This document shows positions 51,596 through 64,000 of a DNA stretch of 64,000 bases, one piece after another. Made by a program: the position numbers and the translations under genes. Each line of letters starts with the position of its first letter. Within the stretch, counting starts at the first letter, position 1. The stretch is from Paecilomyces variotii (taxonomy: Eukaryota): NCBI GenBank assembly GCA_004022145.1, contig RCNU01000007.1; one strand, given 5' to 3'. Under the pieces are notes generated by a model. That model saw nothing but the letters and a program-made list of their open reading frames with translations, was not told the origin of the DNA and made no database searches.

Positions 51596-52126
51596 ACTGT
51601 CGACAGCCTTGTGCCTATTGCTTCTTGCGCACAGATGTTTCTGCGCAATAGCTCTGCTCCTGGAACATCGTTTCCGTGATAAGGCTTTTATATAGAGATT
51701 AGACTATGTATATATAGTAGATACCCGGTACTTTAGAAAAGAAAAGAAAAAAAAAGAAATATATGACTTCGATCCCGCGATCGATCAATCTTTTACAGCA
51801 GACTGCGTTCCTTATCCCTACGTAGCGTTCTTCTGTGATTTTTTTTTATCTAATGGGCCTGGTATATCTAAGGTATGGACGTCTTGAACATCGGCATTGA
51901 TTAAGAGTCATCGATAGTGATACATAAAATTCGAAGCCGTCTTTCCTTCCAGTGCCGCTCCGTGTCCGGGAATGCTGTCAAAGGAAAACACGTTTTCTTA
52001 ACTTTCACTTTATCGGGCGGGCATGTAGTACAAAGAGGAATTCAATAAGGCAAGGGAGAGATCGAAATGCATTGGGTATGATTCCATCTCCAAGATTATC
52101 ATTTAACAGTTCGTTGGTAATACAGG

Positions 52127-53129
52127 CTATGTATCGATCTCCATCTTCTCAGCAACGGCTTGTTGGTCGTCGCTGGAGAGCTCCTCCACCGTGACATATC
52201 GTCGGATATCCTCTTTCGTGATGATCTTCTCGTTGAGATAGGCCGTGGTTCCCTTGGGGAAGCGGTAGCTGCGCTCCTTCTGGCCACGCTCGTTCGGCTT
52301 GAGGTAGTTCCGCAGCAGCTTCGTGGGCTTGTCCTTGTCGATAACACACACGTCCACATTGCTACCGGAGCCGAGATCGTTGAAGATACCCGCCTTGATG
52401 GCCTCCGCACACAAAGCCACAGCCTCGTCGCGGTTCAGATTGGGCTTCCACGTGGATTCGAAGACGGACATCGCAGCAAGAGAACCCGAACCCATAGTCA
52501 CATATGGTAGCTTGTCCGTCGAACCGTGAGCGTGGACTGTGTAGAGACCGACACCGGTAGGGTCAACGCCCGCGATGACAAGGTAGGCGCCAATGTGACC
52601 TTGGTATCGGAAGAGGTGTTGCTTCAGCATGGTCATGCAGGTCACAACGCGTGGTCGTCGACCCGTCGAGAGGGAGTGCAGCTCCAGGTTGGAGCTGATG
52701 AGAGCGGTCGTGAATTCTGTGTCTGCAGCTGTACCGGCACCGGCACACCAGATCTGGGGAGTAATGTAGTGGAGTTTCTCGCAGTTCTAGACGTGTGAAC
52801 AGCTTGGTTAGCGGGCTCTATATCTGTCGGAATGGAGAAGGATGGCAATGATTCCGTGGTCGTCAAACGCATGTTTCGTACCTTATCCGCGACTATAGGA
52901 CCACTGGTGGCTCTGGTATCTGCTGCGATCTAGGATTACCGTCAGTCTTGAGGTCCATATCAGGCACGCATCGCAGCCGCGCCGCATAATGGAATCGACA
53001 TACCACAACGCCATTGTCGTATATGCACCCCACGATCGTGGTACCGGTGCTGGTGGCCTTGGGTAGGGGCACTCCCTTGGCGTGCAGCGCCGCGTTGCGG
53101 TTGTAGTTGGAGAAGTCGAAACCTGGCAT
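52127..53129 (-). CDS. pup1: 20S proteasome beta-2 subunit (exons 53129-53003, 52929-52882, 52786-52127)
   Basis: Propeptide [12 protein letters not shown]...[51 protein letters not shown]. Confidence 0.97.
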
Positions 53130-53284
53130 GGCGACAGCGATGCCTCAGCGCCAGGCAGAGCGACGACAGTAAAAACGTAGGATTTGGAAGACGAGAAAGC
53201 GGATGATACCAAGGGAGAGAAGGGAGGAGTCGCGGTTGGCAAGCAGAGGAGACGGTGGGGGATCTTGACTTGGGAGGAACAGCT

Positions 53285-53495
53285 GGAGCTGGAGCTGGAC
53301 GACGTTCGCCTGCGAGTGACGAAGCTCCGGCAGCCTTGTCGGTGCCTTGTTGGTGCCTTGTTGGTGCCTTGTTTATGCCTTATTGACAGGGCATACATTC
53401 AACGCCCGATTAGCAAGGCACAAAGGCAACAAGGCAGACACCCAGGAATTCAGGCACCCACACCTCTTGCGCCTCCACTGAATCCACCTGGAGCT
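53285..53495. promoter_or_regulatory. Cluster of GGAGCT motifs upstream of the proteasome gene (candidate Rpn4-type sites)
   Basis: GGAGCT at 53285, 53291 and 53490; reverse complement AGCTCC at 53323. Confidence 0.5.
53333..53436. repeat. 11-bp tandem repeat (GCCTTGTTGGT-like, ~5 units) followed by three inverted AAGGCA units
   Basis: gccttgtcggt gccttgttggt gccttgttggt gccttgtttat gccttattgac ... caaggcac aaaggcaa caaggca. Confidence 0.8.
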
Positions 53496-53895
53496 CTTTT
53501 TCTCTCTTAGTCTTTCATAGTGAATCATGCTAAAGTCACTGAAACTACGGAAAGACTACGCCCGTGCTGTTTAATTAGATCTTGGGGATTTCCTCCCTAA
53601 CACCCACACTACCCTCCCCCCGAGCCACTGCCGTGCCCACTCACGCTAAACAGTGTCTGGGACGGCTATCAACTGGTCTGTGAACCCTTTAGCCATCTTA
53701 GCTTCTTCTCCCGCCTCAAGGGAGGCCGTCAAGATTTTTGACCGTACCTGGCAGCTCCTTCACCGGAGTCCCCCAGCACGTCGCTCCTTTACTGCTGCTC
53801 CTCCGCGTGGGTCTCCAGTCCTCAATGTTCCCAAGAGCCGCAGATCCCTAGGCGAAGGGTCGCGTTCTATCTCTGCCGATTTCGACAAGCTCAGG

Positions 53896-56800
53896 ATGGC
53901 TTTCAGCTTCGGAGCTGCCACCCCCAGCGGGGGAGGTGGCGGAAATGTGCCTGCGGAATTGGGCCCTGAGCTGCCAGAAGTGTTTACAGAGGTGAGCAGA
54001 GCTTTGGATGCGCGCTGGATGGCGTGCGCACGGCAGTTCTTTTGCGGGCTAACGCGCTCTGTTTAGGAAGTTGGCTTCCAAGGTGTCGAAAGCGACAGCA
54101 GAGTCCGACTGCTGCCCAACCCTTGGCCAGAAGATGCTCTTCCATCCCCTACAGCTTCACTCTTGACCGTCGCTCCGACTAGAGGGATAGTGGTCGGTGG
54201 AGGACCAGATGGTTTGTTCGTCGCAAAAACCGACGCTGTTAGACAGGCGATAGCTGCACAGCAGCCAGAGGAGGATGCGCAGGGCAACAAGCTGGAAAAA
54301 GTGAAAACCAAGCCATTCCAGCCGCAAGCCAAAATCACGCTTCCGGCGAAGCCGACGCATGTTGCCTTTGCGGCGGGTGAAAGTGCCCTGGTCGTGGCTA
54401 CTGAGAAGGCCGATCAGTTACTTGTCTACGAGACGTCGTCTCTGCTGCAGAGCAATGCTCAACCTGCGATATCCATTGGAATGGGCGGTACGCCCCTTCG
54501 AACCCTCGTCCCGAACCCTGCACCCGCGGCGGAGGCACACTCGAGCTTGGTGGCCCTGGTCAATACGAACGGCGAGTTGTCGATAGCCAATTTGAAGACA
54601 GGCGCGTTGGCCTCTGGCCCGGGAGGCCCAGTATTGAAGAATGGTGTTAGCTGCGTCTCCTGGAGTAACCTGGGTAAACAGCTGCTTGCTGGACTGGCAG
54701 ACGGCACTGGATATCAGATGACCCCCGAAGGAGAGAAGAAAGATGAGATTCCACGGCCCCCAGAATTAGAGGGTGACCAACACAGTAAGTACTAGCCTCA
54801 AATCGACTCATGTTGGATGCAGTGGTACTGATCCTTCACTTGCAGTTTCGGCCATATCCTGGCTCGAAAACCATGTTTTTTTTATCGTCTACACGCCCTC
54901 TGCTGCGGAAGACGACATGGGCGGCATTCCTGCTTCAAACTATTATATTGTTACGCGCAGGAAAGGCTCTCCTTATCTGTTGCAGAAGTTGCCAGAATTG
55001 TGCTCGCCGTTTGGTCTCAAGCGGAGCCCTGCCTTCCAGTTTATTGCGCGATTGAAGGACTTCAAGCCGCACCTGAAGGAGGCCTTGATAATTTCTTCCA
55101 CCGCGTCGACTGATATCGGTCTCGTAACCAGGGCTGACCAACCGTTGGCCACCGGCATGCCAGATGAGCAGGTGGGCCTGTTCTCTACAACGGTAATATC
55201 CAACGATGCCAGAACTGCAACGCTACCTATGACGGATGCTACGATGGAGGATACCTCTACGATTGGTCTTGCTGTCGACCTCTCAGCCACGGAAAAAGTC
55301 CAGTCGCCTATTGCGGGTGAAGATATTCCGGAGTCGGAGACGCCGCTGCCAAACATCTTAGTCCTCAATAACGATGGAATTCTGCTTTCTTGGTGGTTTG
55401 TATACGCAGAGTCTGTCCGCCAGAAGATACCGTACCATGGTCTAGCGACCGTGGCACCGGCGCAACCTCAGATACAGACCCCAGCTCCTCCTGCTGCTGC
55501 TGCTGCCGCTTCACCGTTTGGCGCAGGTACTCAACGGCTCCAACAGAACTCATTTTGTCAACCTGTGTTTGGCCTTCCCTCGTCTGGTACGACGTCTCCT
55601 TTTGGAAAACCTGCTGCTCCTTCGTTCGGAAGCCCCTCTAGCTTAGGCGCGAACCACCAGTCTCCCTTTGGGAAACCTTCAGCTCTGAGCGGCGGTTCTC
55701 TTCTCGGTTCCACCAGCCCGATGGGCGCTGCTACACCGAGCTTTGGAAGCACCAGTGCTTTGGGGAATCGCACACCGCAGTTTGGCCAGTCTGGCTTTGG
55801 GGGAATGCAGAGTTCCGCTCCGGCTTTTGGTAAACCCTCCTTTGGTCAACCCTCTTTCGGCCAGCCGTCCTTCGGTCAGCCTTCGACTCCAGGAAAGGGA
55901 TTCAGTGCCTTTGCATCCGCGACCCCAGCAACACCCAGCGCACCAGCAGGCGCCCTCGGCGGTGGTTTCAGTTCCTTCGCAAACTCCGGCGGATTTGGCA
56001 GCCTTGGGGCATCGAAACCTACCCAACAAAGCCCCTTTGCAAAGGCTGCAGGAGAAAGCCCATTTGGAAAAGCAGCGGGAGAGAGTCCGTTTGCGAAGAC
56101 CACAGGAGAAAACCCATTTGGCAAGCCAACAGAGCCGTCTGGTTTTGGTCAACCTACAGAGACGAAGTCGATATTTGGAGCAAAGCCTGAAGAGTCTAAG
56201 GGTCCGTTCGGATTGGGTGCTGGCGGCTTTGTCTTGGGATCAGGTTTCAAAGGGGACGGTACAGCTGTGAATGATGCCCCGAAACCGGACCAGGGATCAA
56301 GCGTGTTCTCGATGGGATCCTCCTTTGAAAACATGCTGGGACCAGCCACGAGCAAGCCGAGTCCGCCTACAGAGTCAATGGATGATATGGAATCTGAACC
56401 CACTGTGCCACAACTGGAGAAGACGCCAACAGCGGCGCCAACATTCGGTGCGCCGGAAAAGACAAGCACAATGCCCTCTGCCTCTACTGGATCTTTATTC
56501 GGAAGCCAACCGCCAAAGGAGCCGAGTCCCACGTCTACTAAGTCGCCCCCCTTTAGTTTATTCGGAAACATTCCTAAGCAGCAGACGAGCCCTCCGTCAA
56601 CTCCTTCTGAGAAGACTCACGTTCCAGGTGTTGACCAGAAAGATATGCAAAAGACGGACATGGAAGCTACGCCTACTAACAGGCTCGAAGAATCTCCTTT
56701 GCCACCGGACGCTATGAGCAGGGCTCCTTACGCCCCCGGCGACACGTCCGCATCGTCGATTGTGTCTAAGAGCTCAATCGAAGATGCACCGCTACCTCCG

Positions 56801-58687
56801 GATTTCATCACAAAACCCAAGAAGACGGAAATACCGCCTGCAGTAGAGGAGGCACCATTGCCGGCCGAGCCTGAGCTATCAGAGTCGCCTCCGCAAAGCC
56901 CGGCTGAAGAGGCACCGCTGCCTCCAGACTTCCTTCCAAAGCCGAAGAAGACGCCTTCTCTGAGTAAAGGTCCAACTGGAGATGCGCCCCTGCCGCCTGA
57001 CTTCCTTCCGCCAAAGAAGAGCGAGATACCAAAGGAGGAAACCGTGCCCTTGCCAGACGGCTCTGAAGCAGACGAATCCGAATTCGACGAGAGCGAAGAA
57101 GAAGTCACTCACGGGATCAGTCCAACCGACGAACAGGCTGATAAAACCGTAGACAGTTTCAAGATGTCTCCGGAGAGCTCGTTTGGTGGACTTTCCGACA
57201 AGAGCCTGGCTGGTGGAGGCTTCACCAAGATCTCGATGCCTGAAGAGCAGAAGCAGCAAACCACACGGCCCTTGTTCGGAGAAATCACGAATCCTGCCAT
57301 CCCTCCGCCTCGCCCTGTGCGCACTCCAAGATCACCCAGCCCCAAACGGCCTGGGTCACGAACAGGAATTCCTCGGTCAGCTAGTGCGCGTGGTGTTCCG
57401 GGTAGCGCGCTTGCGACGCGAAAGGCTGCACTTGCTGAGTCTTCTCGTGGCAAACAGTGGGAACCGCTGCCAAGTGATGTTGCCAAAGAGGAGCAGGAGA
57501 GAGCTGTTGCTGCTGCGGAACAGCGACTGAATGAGGAAACCCAACAACTCGAAGAGGATGATGAGGACGAGAGGCTCCGTGCTGATCTCGCCCGTCCTCT
57601 CTCCCCGACGCCTACATTGGATCCCTTCGTGCCTCATCAAGACTACATGGGACAGACAGCTAAGCCGGGCATTCCCGGACAAATCGAGAGATTGTATCGG
57701 GATATCAATTCCATGATCGACACACTTGGCATCAACTCGCGGTCTTTGTCTTCGTTCCTTCTTTACCAGGAAAATTCCAAGGAGCCTGACGCCCAGAAAT
57801 GGATATCGATTCTGCAAGGAGACGACCCCGCTGCCATCTTGGACGAGAAGCTTCTTCTCCCGCACGTAAACAATTTCGACGAGTGCGTGGCTGCGTTGGA
57901 AGGGTCCCTTGAGCAGCAACGGTTGCGCGGAGTCGAGGAGAAGCTGGAGCAGTGCCAGCAGCTGCTGGGCAAGGATATATTCATCCTGCGCGGCCAATGT
58001 GCCAGTATCCGCAAGATTCTCGATGCCCATAACGACACTGTCGCAGTGCTCTCTGCCCCGTTGTCCGCTGAGCAGGCTAGCCTTCAGCAAGACATGCGGA
58101 AGGCATCCACGGTTCTGCAGGCCAAGCTGGCCGATCTCGAGCAGGGTATCTCGCTTCTCCGGGCCAAGATCGCTGATGCTCCCCGTCCCGATGGCACTGC
58201 TAATGCCCCCTTGTCTCGAAGACAGGCCGTCAAGAAGCCGACCGTGGAGGCCGTGACTTCCACCATTGCCACCATGATGAGCATGGCCGAAAGCAAGAGT
58301 GGCGATATTGATCTTCTTGAATCGCAGCTGAAGAAACTCGGATTTGATGTCTCTGGCCCTCCTGCCAGTCGTGAGGGTTCCCCATTTGTGACCCCGTCCA
58401 AGAAGACCGTCGGGCGCTTCCCGGCAACTCCTGGATCGCACGATGGCAGCCGGAGCATGTACCACACTCCCGAAACCACCGCTCACGGTCTGAACTTCCG
58501 CGGTAGCGTTAACGGGTCGTCTCGACTAAGCATGCTGCGGAGTGTCAATGGGCCTGGCGACGTGGTCGGCCGCCAACAGGCTGAGCAATGGAAGACGAAA
58601 GCGCAGCGGCGCAAGGAGATCGTTGGCAATCTCAAGAAGGCGGTTGGCGAGCGGAAGGTCCAAGTCCGGGGAGTGGACGATCTATGA
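53896..58687 (+). CDS. nup159: FG nucleoporin Nup159/Nup214 (beta-propeller, FG repeats, coiled coil), 3 exons
   Basis: N-terminal propeller (VSCVSWSNLGKQLLAGLADG, LNNDGILLSWW), PSFG/SPFG repeats, C-terminal coiled coil; introns ~53992-54066 and ~54785-54845. Confidence 0.92.
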
Positions 58688-59638
58688 ATGTCGCGCAGTT
58701 GTTCTCCTGTTGTCATTTGGACGCTGCTTGAGCGTGAAAAGCATGTTATACGTATCATGACGGCCTGTACATACACACATCTTTATACTTGCATCGTTGC
58801 CTCACCGTGAGCCTGTAGGTCTAATCCAATGGACTGAATATGTAGTAGTAGTGATGAAGATACGGATCCATGGATAATCACAAGAATAATAATAATAGTA
58901 ATAATCATAATCATAATAATCAATAAATAAATCATCATATCATCCCCTGAGGCTCAAACATCCATGTCGGGCTAACCGGATCGGGCTGTTCTCGCGGGGG
59001 ACTTGCTGGAAATGGATCTTCAGGAGCGAAACTCGAGCAGAGCGAGTCTCTCACGCTGTTTCGCTGTGTGGAATCGCGATTGCTCTCTGACCGAGGTTCA
59101 GATCATCGTGCTGCTGCTGTCTTTGTTTCCACTCCAAGAGAGCGTGTTACTGAGTACCTATTCTGTCCGTCCTGAGGCTAGTTACTTTAGACAGAAATCC
59201 CTGAGGTAAACAGCCGCCCCTCTCCACCATCCAAGAGAAATGATTTCGATCCCATCCTGTCAACGAGCTGACCATAGACATACAGTATAGTATTTATAGA
59301 AGAAGAACTACAGAAAGGACGATCCCCTCTGACTCTACTCCGCTTGATCCGCCCCGGTTTGCTTCCGGGTTTAAGTTCGCCCAACAGCGCCGGCGGAGGG
59401 TTTACGGACGTAACGGCGTCGCACTGATTAACTATTTCGCGGAGAATTTGTGTACAGTACGGAGGAATCAGGGTGGTTACTCGGTTACTCGGGGTCCACG
59501 CCAAAGAAAAGAGGGGGTCACAGCGCAAGTAAACATCGGCCATAGGCTGATTTGGTCTATCTAAGCTGTCCATAGCGGCATCTGTGAAGCTTGTTGTACC
59601 GATCTATCTATCTAATACTTACAAGCTAGGAAGTGAGG

Positions 59639-62600
59639 ATGGATCCGTCCGCCGGGTCCAGGTCGACTCGCGCGTCTCCCGACACTGCCAGTGATGCTGC
59701 AGGCCATGTTGCTTCAGCTAGTAATAATCATAATAGGATCCGCCGTCGCAACCGCTTGATCACATCCTGCTTGGAATGCCGCCGGCGGAAGCTCAAGTGC
59801 GACCGGGCCCATCCGTGCACGAACTGCTCCAAAGCTAAGCGGGACTGTCTGTTCCTGGCCCCTGCGCTGGATTCGGACGCCCGGCTGAAACTAACAGAGA
59901 TCAAAGAGAAGATGGGCCGGCTGGAGCGGTCGCTGGAGCAGGACGTGGCTGGGAAGCGGAGCGGAGCGGATATCGCAGCCAAGGATGACCCGGCGGAAGC
60001 CATGTTTGGGGCCGCGGAGGAGAGTGCAAACCTGCCGATCCCGGACGACGAGAAGGATCTCGAGCCGACGCCCCTGGCGGTGCTGGATGCCGCTTATGAG
60101 GATGAGGCGGATGATGACATCTATGATCTGGGGTTTAGAGTGGGCAAGATGAGGATGACGGACAGAGTTGGGGGGTACTTCCGGCCGAGGTTCGCGGACG
60201 AGGTAGGTTTCTGCAGGATTCTTGCACGAAGTCGATAGAGAGATTTTGTAGTCTGATTCTTTTTTCCCATTACAGCTGTCTGCAGGCCTCCGCAAACTGC
60301 ACATAAGTGCGGAGCCAGAGTCGTCGGAACCGACTCCGAAGGAGCGATTGGAACGCTTATCTGCTGAAGAAAGAGACGCTTATTTCAGCCCTGGCCCGTC
60401 TTATATAGCGCCCAGTTCGGAGATCATGTTTGGGCCGATGAACCGTGACTATGTGTTTGCGGAACACCTCCCCAGTAAGACTGTCACGGATCGATTAATG
60501 GAGCAATATTGGCTGGCAGTCCACCCAGTCGCTCGCGTTGTCCACCGTCCCAGCTTCGAGAAGAGATATCAGGTTTTCTGGGATGATATCAATAAAGGCT
60601 TTGAGCCTACCCCTTCCCTTCAAGCTTTGGTGCTTGCGGCATTATTCACGGCAGTCGCCAGTATGCCAGAGCCTGAAGTGTTTCGCCTGTTTGGAGTGAC
60701 GCAAAAGGAACTGAGAGACGACTTCCAGTTAGCGACAGAGGCAGGCTTGAGGAAAGCACATATACTGCGGACGACAAAGACAGAAACTATGCAAGCGTTC
60801 GTGATGTATCTGGTATAGTCTCCTGGGCCGCGAAAGCTTAGTCCGTTAGTTATTATTTGTTGCTGACTGCGCTTTCTGTAGCTCCCCATGTGTCGCGGAG
60901 AGATCTCCCGCTCCCATTCGGCTCTTGTTGGCTTGGGCATTCGGCTGGCCGAGTGCATGGGCTTCCATCGAGATGCCTCCGAATACGGCCATGGTCCAGT
61001 TGAGACACACGTACGCCGACTGATCTGGTATCAGCTCTGCTTCATGGATCTTCGTACAAGCGAGGTGCAAGGGCCCCGTGCCTGTATCCGACGTGAGGAC
61101 TATTCCACGCTATTCCCACTTAATCTAAACGACGAAGATTTCACTTCAGGGAGATTGGACGATGTAAACAGGTGGACCGACATGACCTTTTCCCGAATTC
61201 GGTTCGAATGCCAGGAGATCACCCGAGTCTGTCTTGCCGACAGGCTCCGTCTTGAGAAGAGGTTAATCTCCTTGACTCACCTCATGGGAAAGATTGAAAG
61301 CTTCCGAAAAGCAATGTATGCCAAGTACGAACCCCTTTACAACGTTCCCAATGCCACACCCATCCAGCGCGCGGCTGAGCATATGTTGGGTCTATGGATC
61401 TGTCGACTGTACATCGCCGTCCTACAGCGCTATCATTCGAATCCAGCTGCCCCAATCCCGGATAGACTACGCCAAGTTATGCTCACGGCTGCCGCCCAAC
61501 ATCTAGATCACGCCGTACAGTTGGATACGGCAGCAGAATTGCAGCCGTGGGTCTGGTATAGCAGGGCTTATGATCAGTATCATATCGCTTTCCTTCTTTT
61601 ATTTGACGTCTTCATGGTTCCAATGCGGCGCGATGCAGATCGCATCTGGCGCTGTCTGGACTACGTCTATGAAATTGGGGCAGAAGATCCTCTATCTGAA
61701 GCCAATTCTCTGGGCAAAGTCAGTCGCCAGGAGCTCATTGCTCGTCGGAATCAAAAGGCTCTGAGGATCATAACACAGGTTAAGGATAGGCTGGAGATCT
61801 ATAGTGAGATGAGGAAGCTGAGATTCCCAAAGACGATGGCGGAACAGAACTGGCTTGAGACTTGTCAGGCGAAACAAACACCGCCCCCTCTCCAGTCGAA
61901 GTCCCAGAAGGGTAAAAGTCCTATGACGGATGCGAAGATGAGCAGAGCCCAATCACCTCCGGACGTCCCTAATCCAGTTCAACCACGCCGTGGTAATGAA
62001 CAACAACAGCGGCCTTCAAACTCTCCTCCGCAGTCGACAGAATCATTCGCTTTTTCTATCATGCTTCCTGCTCACGAGAACGTCGAGAAGGCACGGCAGA
62101 ACATGGCTGCAGCCCATTCCCAGAAGGGAATCAGTACGCTGCCACAGCGAGGATTACCGTCTCTTCATGGACCCTACCATGATGCTCTTTACTACCCTGC
62201 CTCCGGTGCTGCCCCTGCTGTACAACCACCTATATCTACTCCGGGAGGCTCGAACAGAGCGGTCCGTGGGGAGAGCTTAGAGTCAGATGGCAGCAGAAGC
62301 TCTGATTCAGGTGGACCAGGGTTGTGGTTTGTGCCCGGTGGCACTGACACATCTGGAGGGACGGCACCTACGCCAGGTCCCGTGGGACTTACAAGACAGG
62401 AGGATATGCCGATGCCGGATATCGATTGGGTATGTTTGTGCAATCTTCATTGCATTCTCTCCATTCACCAAGCTCTTCCTGCCTATGCCACCACCCAATT
62501 TTTACATCGTAAGTACCAGCACCATGTTGACAATCCAACACTAGACTGAATGGGATAAACTATTCCCTCCGGATATCAACACCGGCGACCTCAACTTTCC

Positions 62601-62694
62601 GCCTCAAGTTCTCGAGATCCCATCAAACGAACCAAACTCGATGTTCTATCAGGGTATCTACCATCAGGGTTCGAACTTTCCCTTTTCGCGATGA
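59639..62694 (+). CDS. Zn(II)2Cys6 transcription factor with fungal-specific TF domain, 4 exons
   Basis: SCLECRRRKLKCDRAHPCTNCSKAKRDC; VHPVARVVHRPSF; IRLAECMGFHRD; RRLIWYQLCFMD; last exon 62545-62694 (TEWDKLFPP). Confidence 0.93.
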
Positions 62695-63457
62695 CCGCAC
62701 TGTAGCGACTTCCAGGGGCGGGGGGCATGATACATTCGATAAAACAGTAGATATTTCCTCCACTGTAAATATCCTGGATTGGTATATACTTCATCACATC
62801 CTTTGGAACGTTCATACCCCAGTAGAAACAACATTTGCGTGTTATATATGGGAAATAGGGCGCTTTTTTTTGAGATCATCATTGGAAGAATATGGCGTTT
62901 TAAGTTTATAGAGATACGCCCGAAAGAATCGTAAAGTCATCCATCGGAGGGGGTCTGATTGGAAACTTTCAATTGACATCATTTCCATCACCCCCGCCCC
63001 CCAAAGCCAGTAACGTGATGTGATGTGATGTATTCCCTCCAACAACAAATTCCCTATACAGACCGTTTGCTCTCCAGTTTCAGCTCCAGGAACAAGAAAG
63101 CAGAATCTCCAGCTAATCTATTAAATCTCTACAATATTAAATATACTATACATACTATACAATATCAAAAAGAAAACAAGAGCCATCGGGACAAATTTAT
63201 TGATTGATCAGAGAAAGAGAGGGGCACGATATTCTCTTTGTCTTTTCTTTACTTTCTCCAGTTATCATCTTTTCTATTTGACTTTCCTTCTTATATTTTT
63301 TTAATATTCCATATCCTGCCAAATCTGATCTCCTCCAGAACAAAGCTATACCTTCCACATCAAGCTTAGACGAATACGACTTCCTTCCACCCCCATCATC
63401 AATCTACGTCCAGGAGAAAAAAAAAACCTACTACTCATCCAACAATTAAACCAAACA

Positions 63458-64000
63458 ATGGGCTCTCAAACCGTGACGCAATTCACCTACCTTCGACTGA
63501 AACCGGACGTCAAGCCCGAAGACCCGAACAACGAAGCAGGCCAGCAGTTCCTACAGGTGTTGCGAACCGCGAAGCTGCAGAGCGGATATCAGAATTCTTC
63601 ATGGGGAAGGACCGTTGAGGATCCGAATAATATCGTTTGGGTCGTTGGTTAGTTTTTTACCCCTTTCTTTCTTTCTTTCTTTTCATTCCCCAATGCTATG
63701 TATACTGGGTTTATCCAACTTGGGGTATTTGGTTTCTGGTCCATATCATGTAGAGTGTTAATTACTGACCTGACTTACTTACAGATTGGGCCGATGCCCG
63801 CGGCGCCGCTCGCACGAACGAAATCCACAAATTTCAAGATACGTCTACGGAAATGATCACGTTCTATGTGTCTCTGAGCCCTAGTCTCGCGGAGACAGAT
63901 CTCTTAACCAAGAACCCCGTGACGGAGCTCGTGGGTCTGGCTTTCCCGAGCGACATGACTCCCGACGAGCAAAAGAAAGTGCATTTCGACCTGATCGCGT
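63458..64000 (+). CDS. 5' part of a hypothetical protein, probably dimeric alpha/beta-barrel (ABM-like); runs off the window
   Basis: MGSQTVTQFTYLRLKP...GYQNSSWGRTVEDPNNIVWVV|DW; intron 63648-63784; internal repeat start PVTELVGLAFP. Confidence 0.7.

Noticed and set aside
53333-53390. Tandem 11-mer considered as CRISPR-like or telomeric repeat
   Set aside because: No spacers, eukaryotic context, not TTAGGG
57377-58486. 369-aa minus-strand ORF
   Set aside because: Antisense shadow of the nup159 coiled-coil exon; no domain-like content

Overview
Eukaryotic, intron-containing fungal DNA (GT-AG introns with CTRAY branch points; proteins typical of a Eurotiales mould, species not determinable here). 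The left ~15 kb looks accessory: a minimal Zn2Cys6 protein, a compact trio (intronless ArgE/DapE-like M20 hydrolase, divergently transcribed Zn2Cys6 transcription factor, A-T-R NRPS-like carboxylic acid reductase), tRNA-Ala(AGC) and a GPI-anchored protein. From ~16 kb the window is mostly housekeeping: OCT1/MIP, MIC26/27, GRH1, TGS1, TAF1, an NDR-family kinase, FPR4, REV1, a LaeA-like methyltransferase, a ~7 kb gene-free stretch, an orphan ORF with a divergent GNAT-like C-terminus, an uncharacterised protein, PUP1, NUP159, another Zn2Cys6 TF and a truncated gene at the right edge. Best leads: (1) the hydrolase/TF/reductase mini-cluster; (2) a long, weak-donor last TAF1 intron whose retention yields a second complete zinc knuckle and a different C-terminus; (3) the orphan GNAT-like ORF. 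No transposase, rRNA or CRISPR was recognised. All exon boundaries were read by eye and no database search was run.
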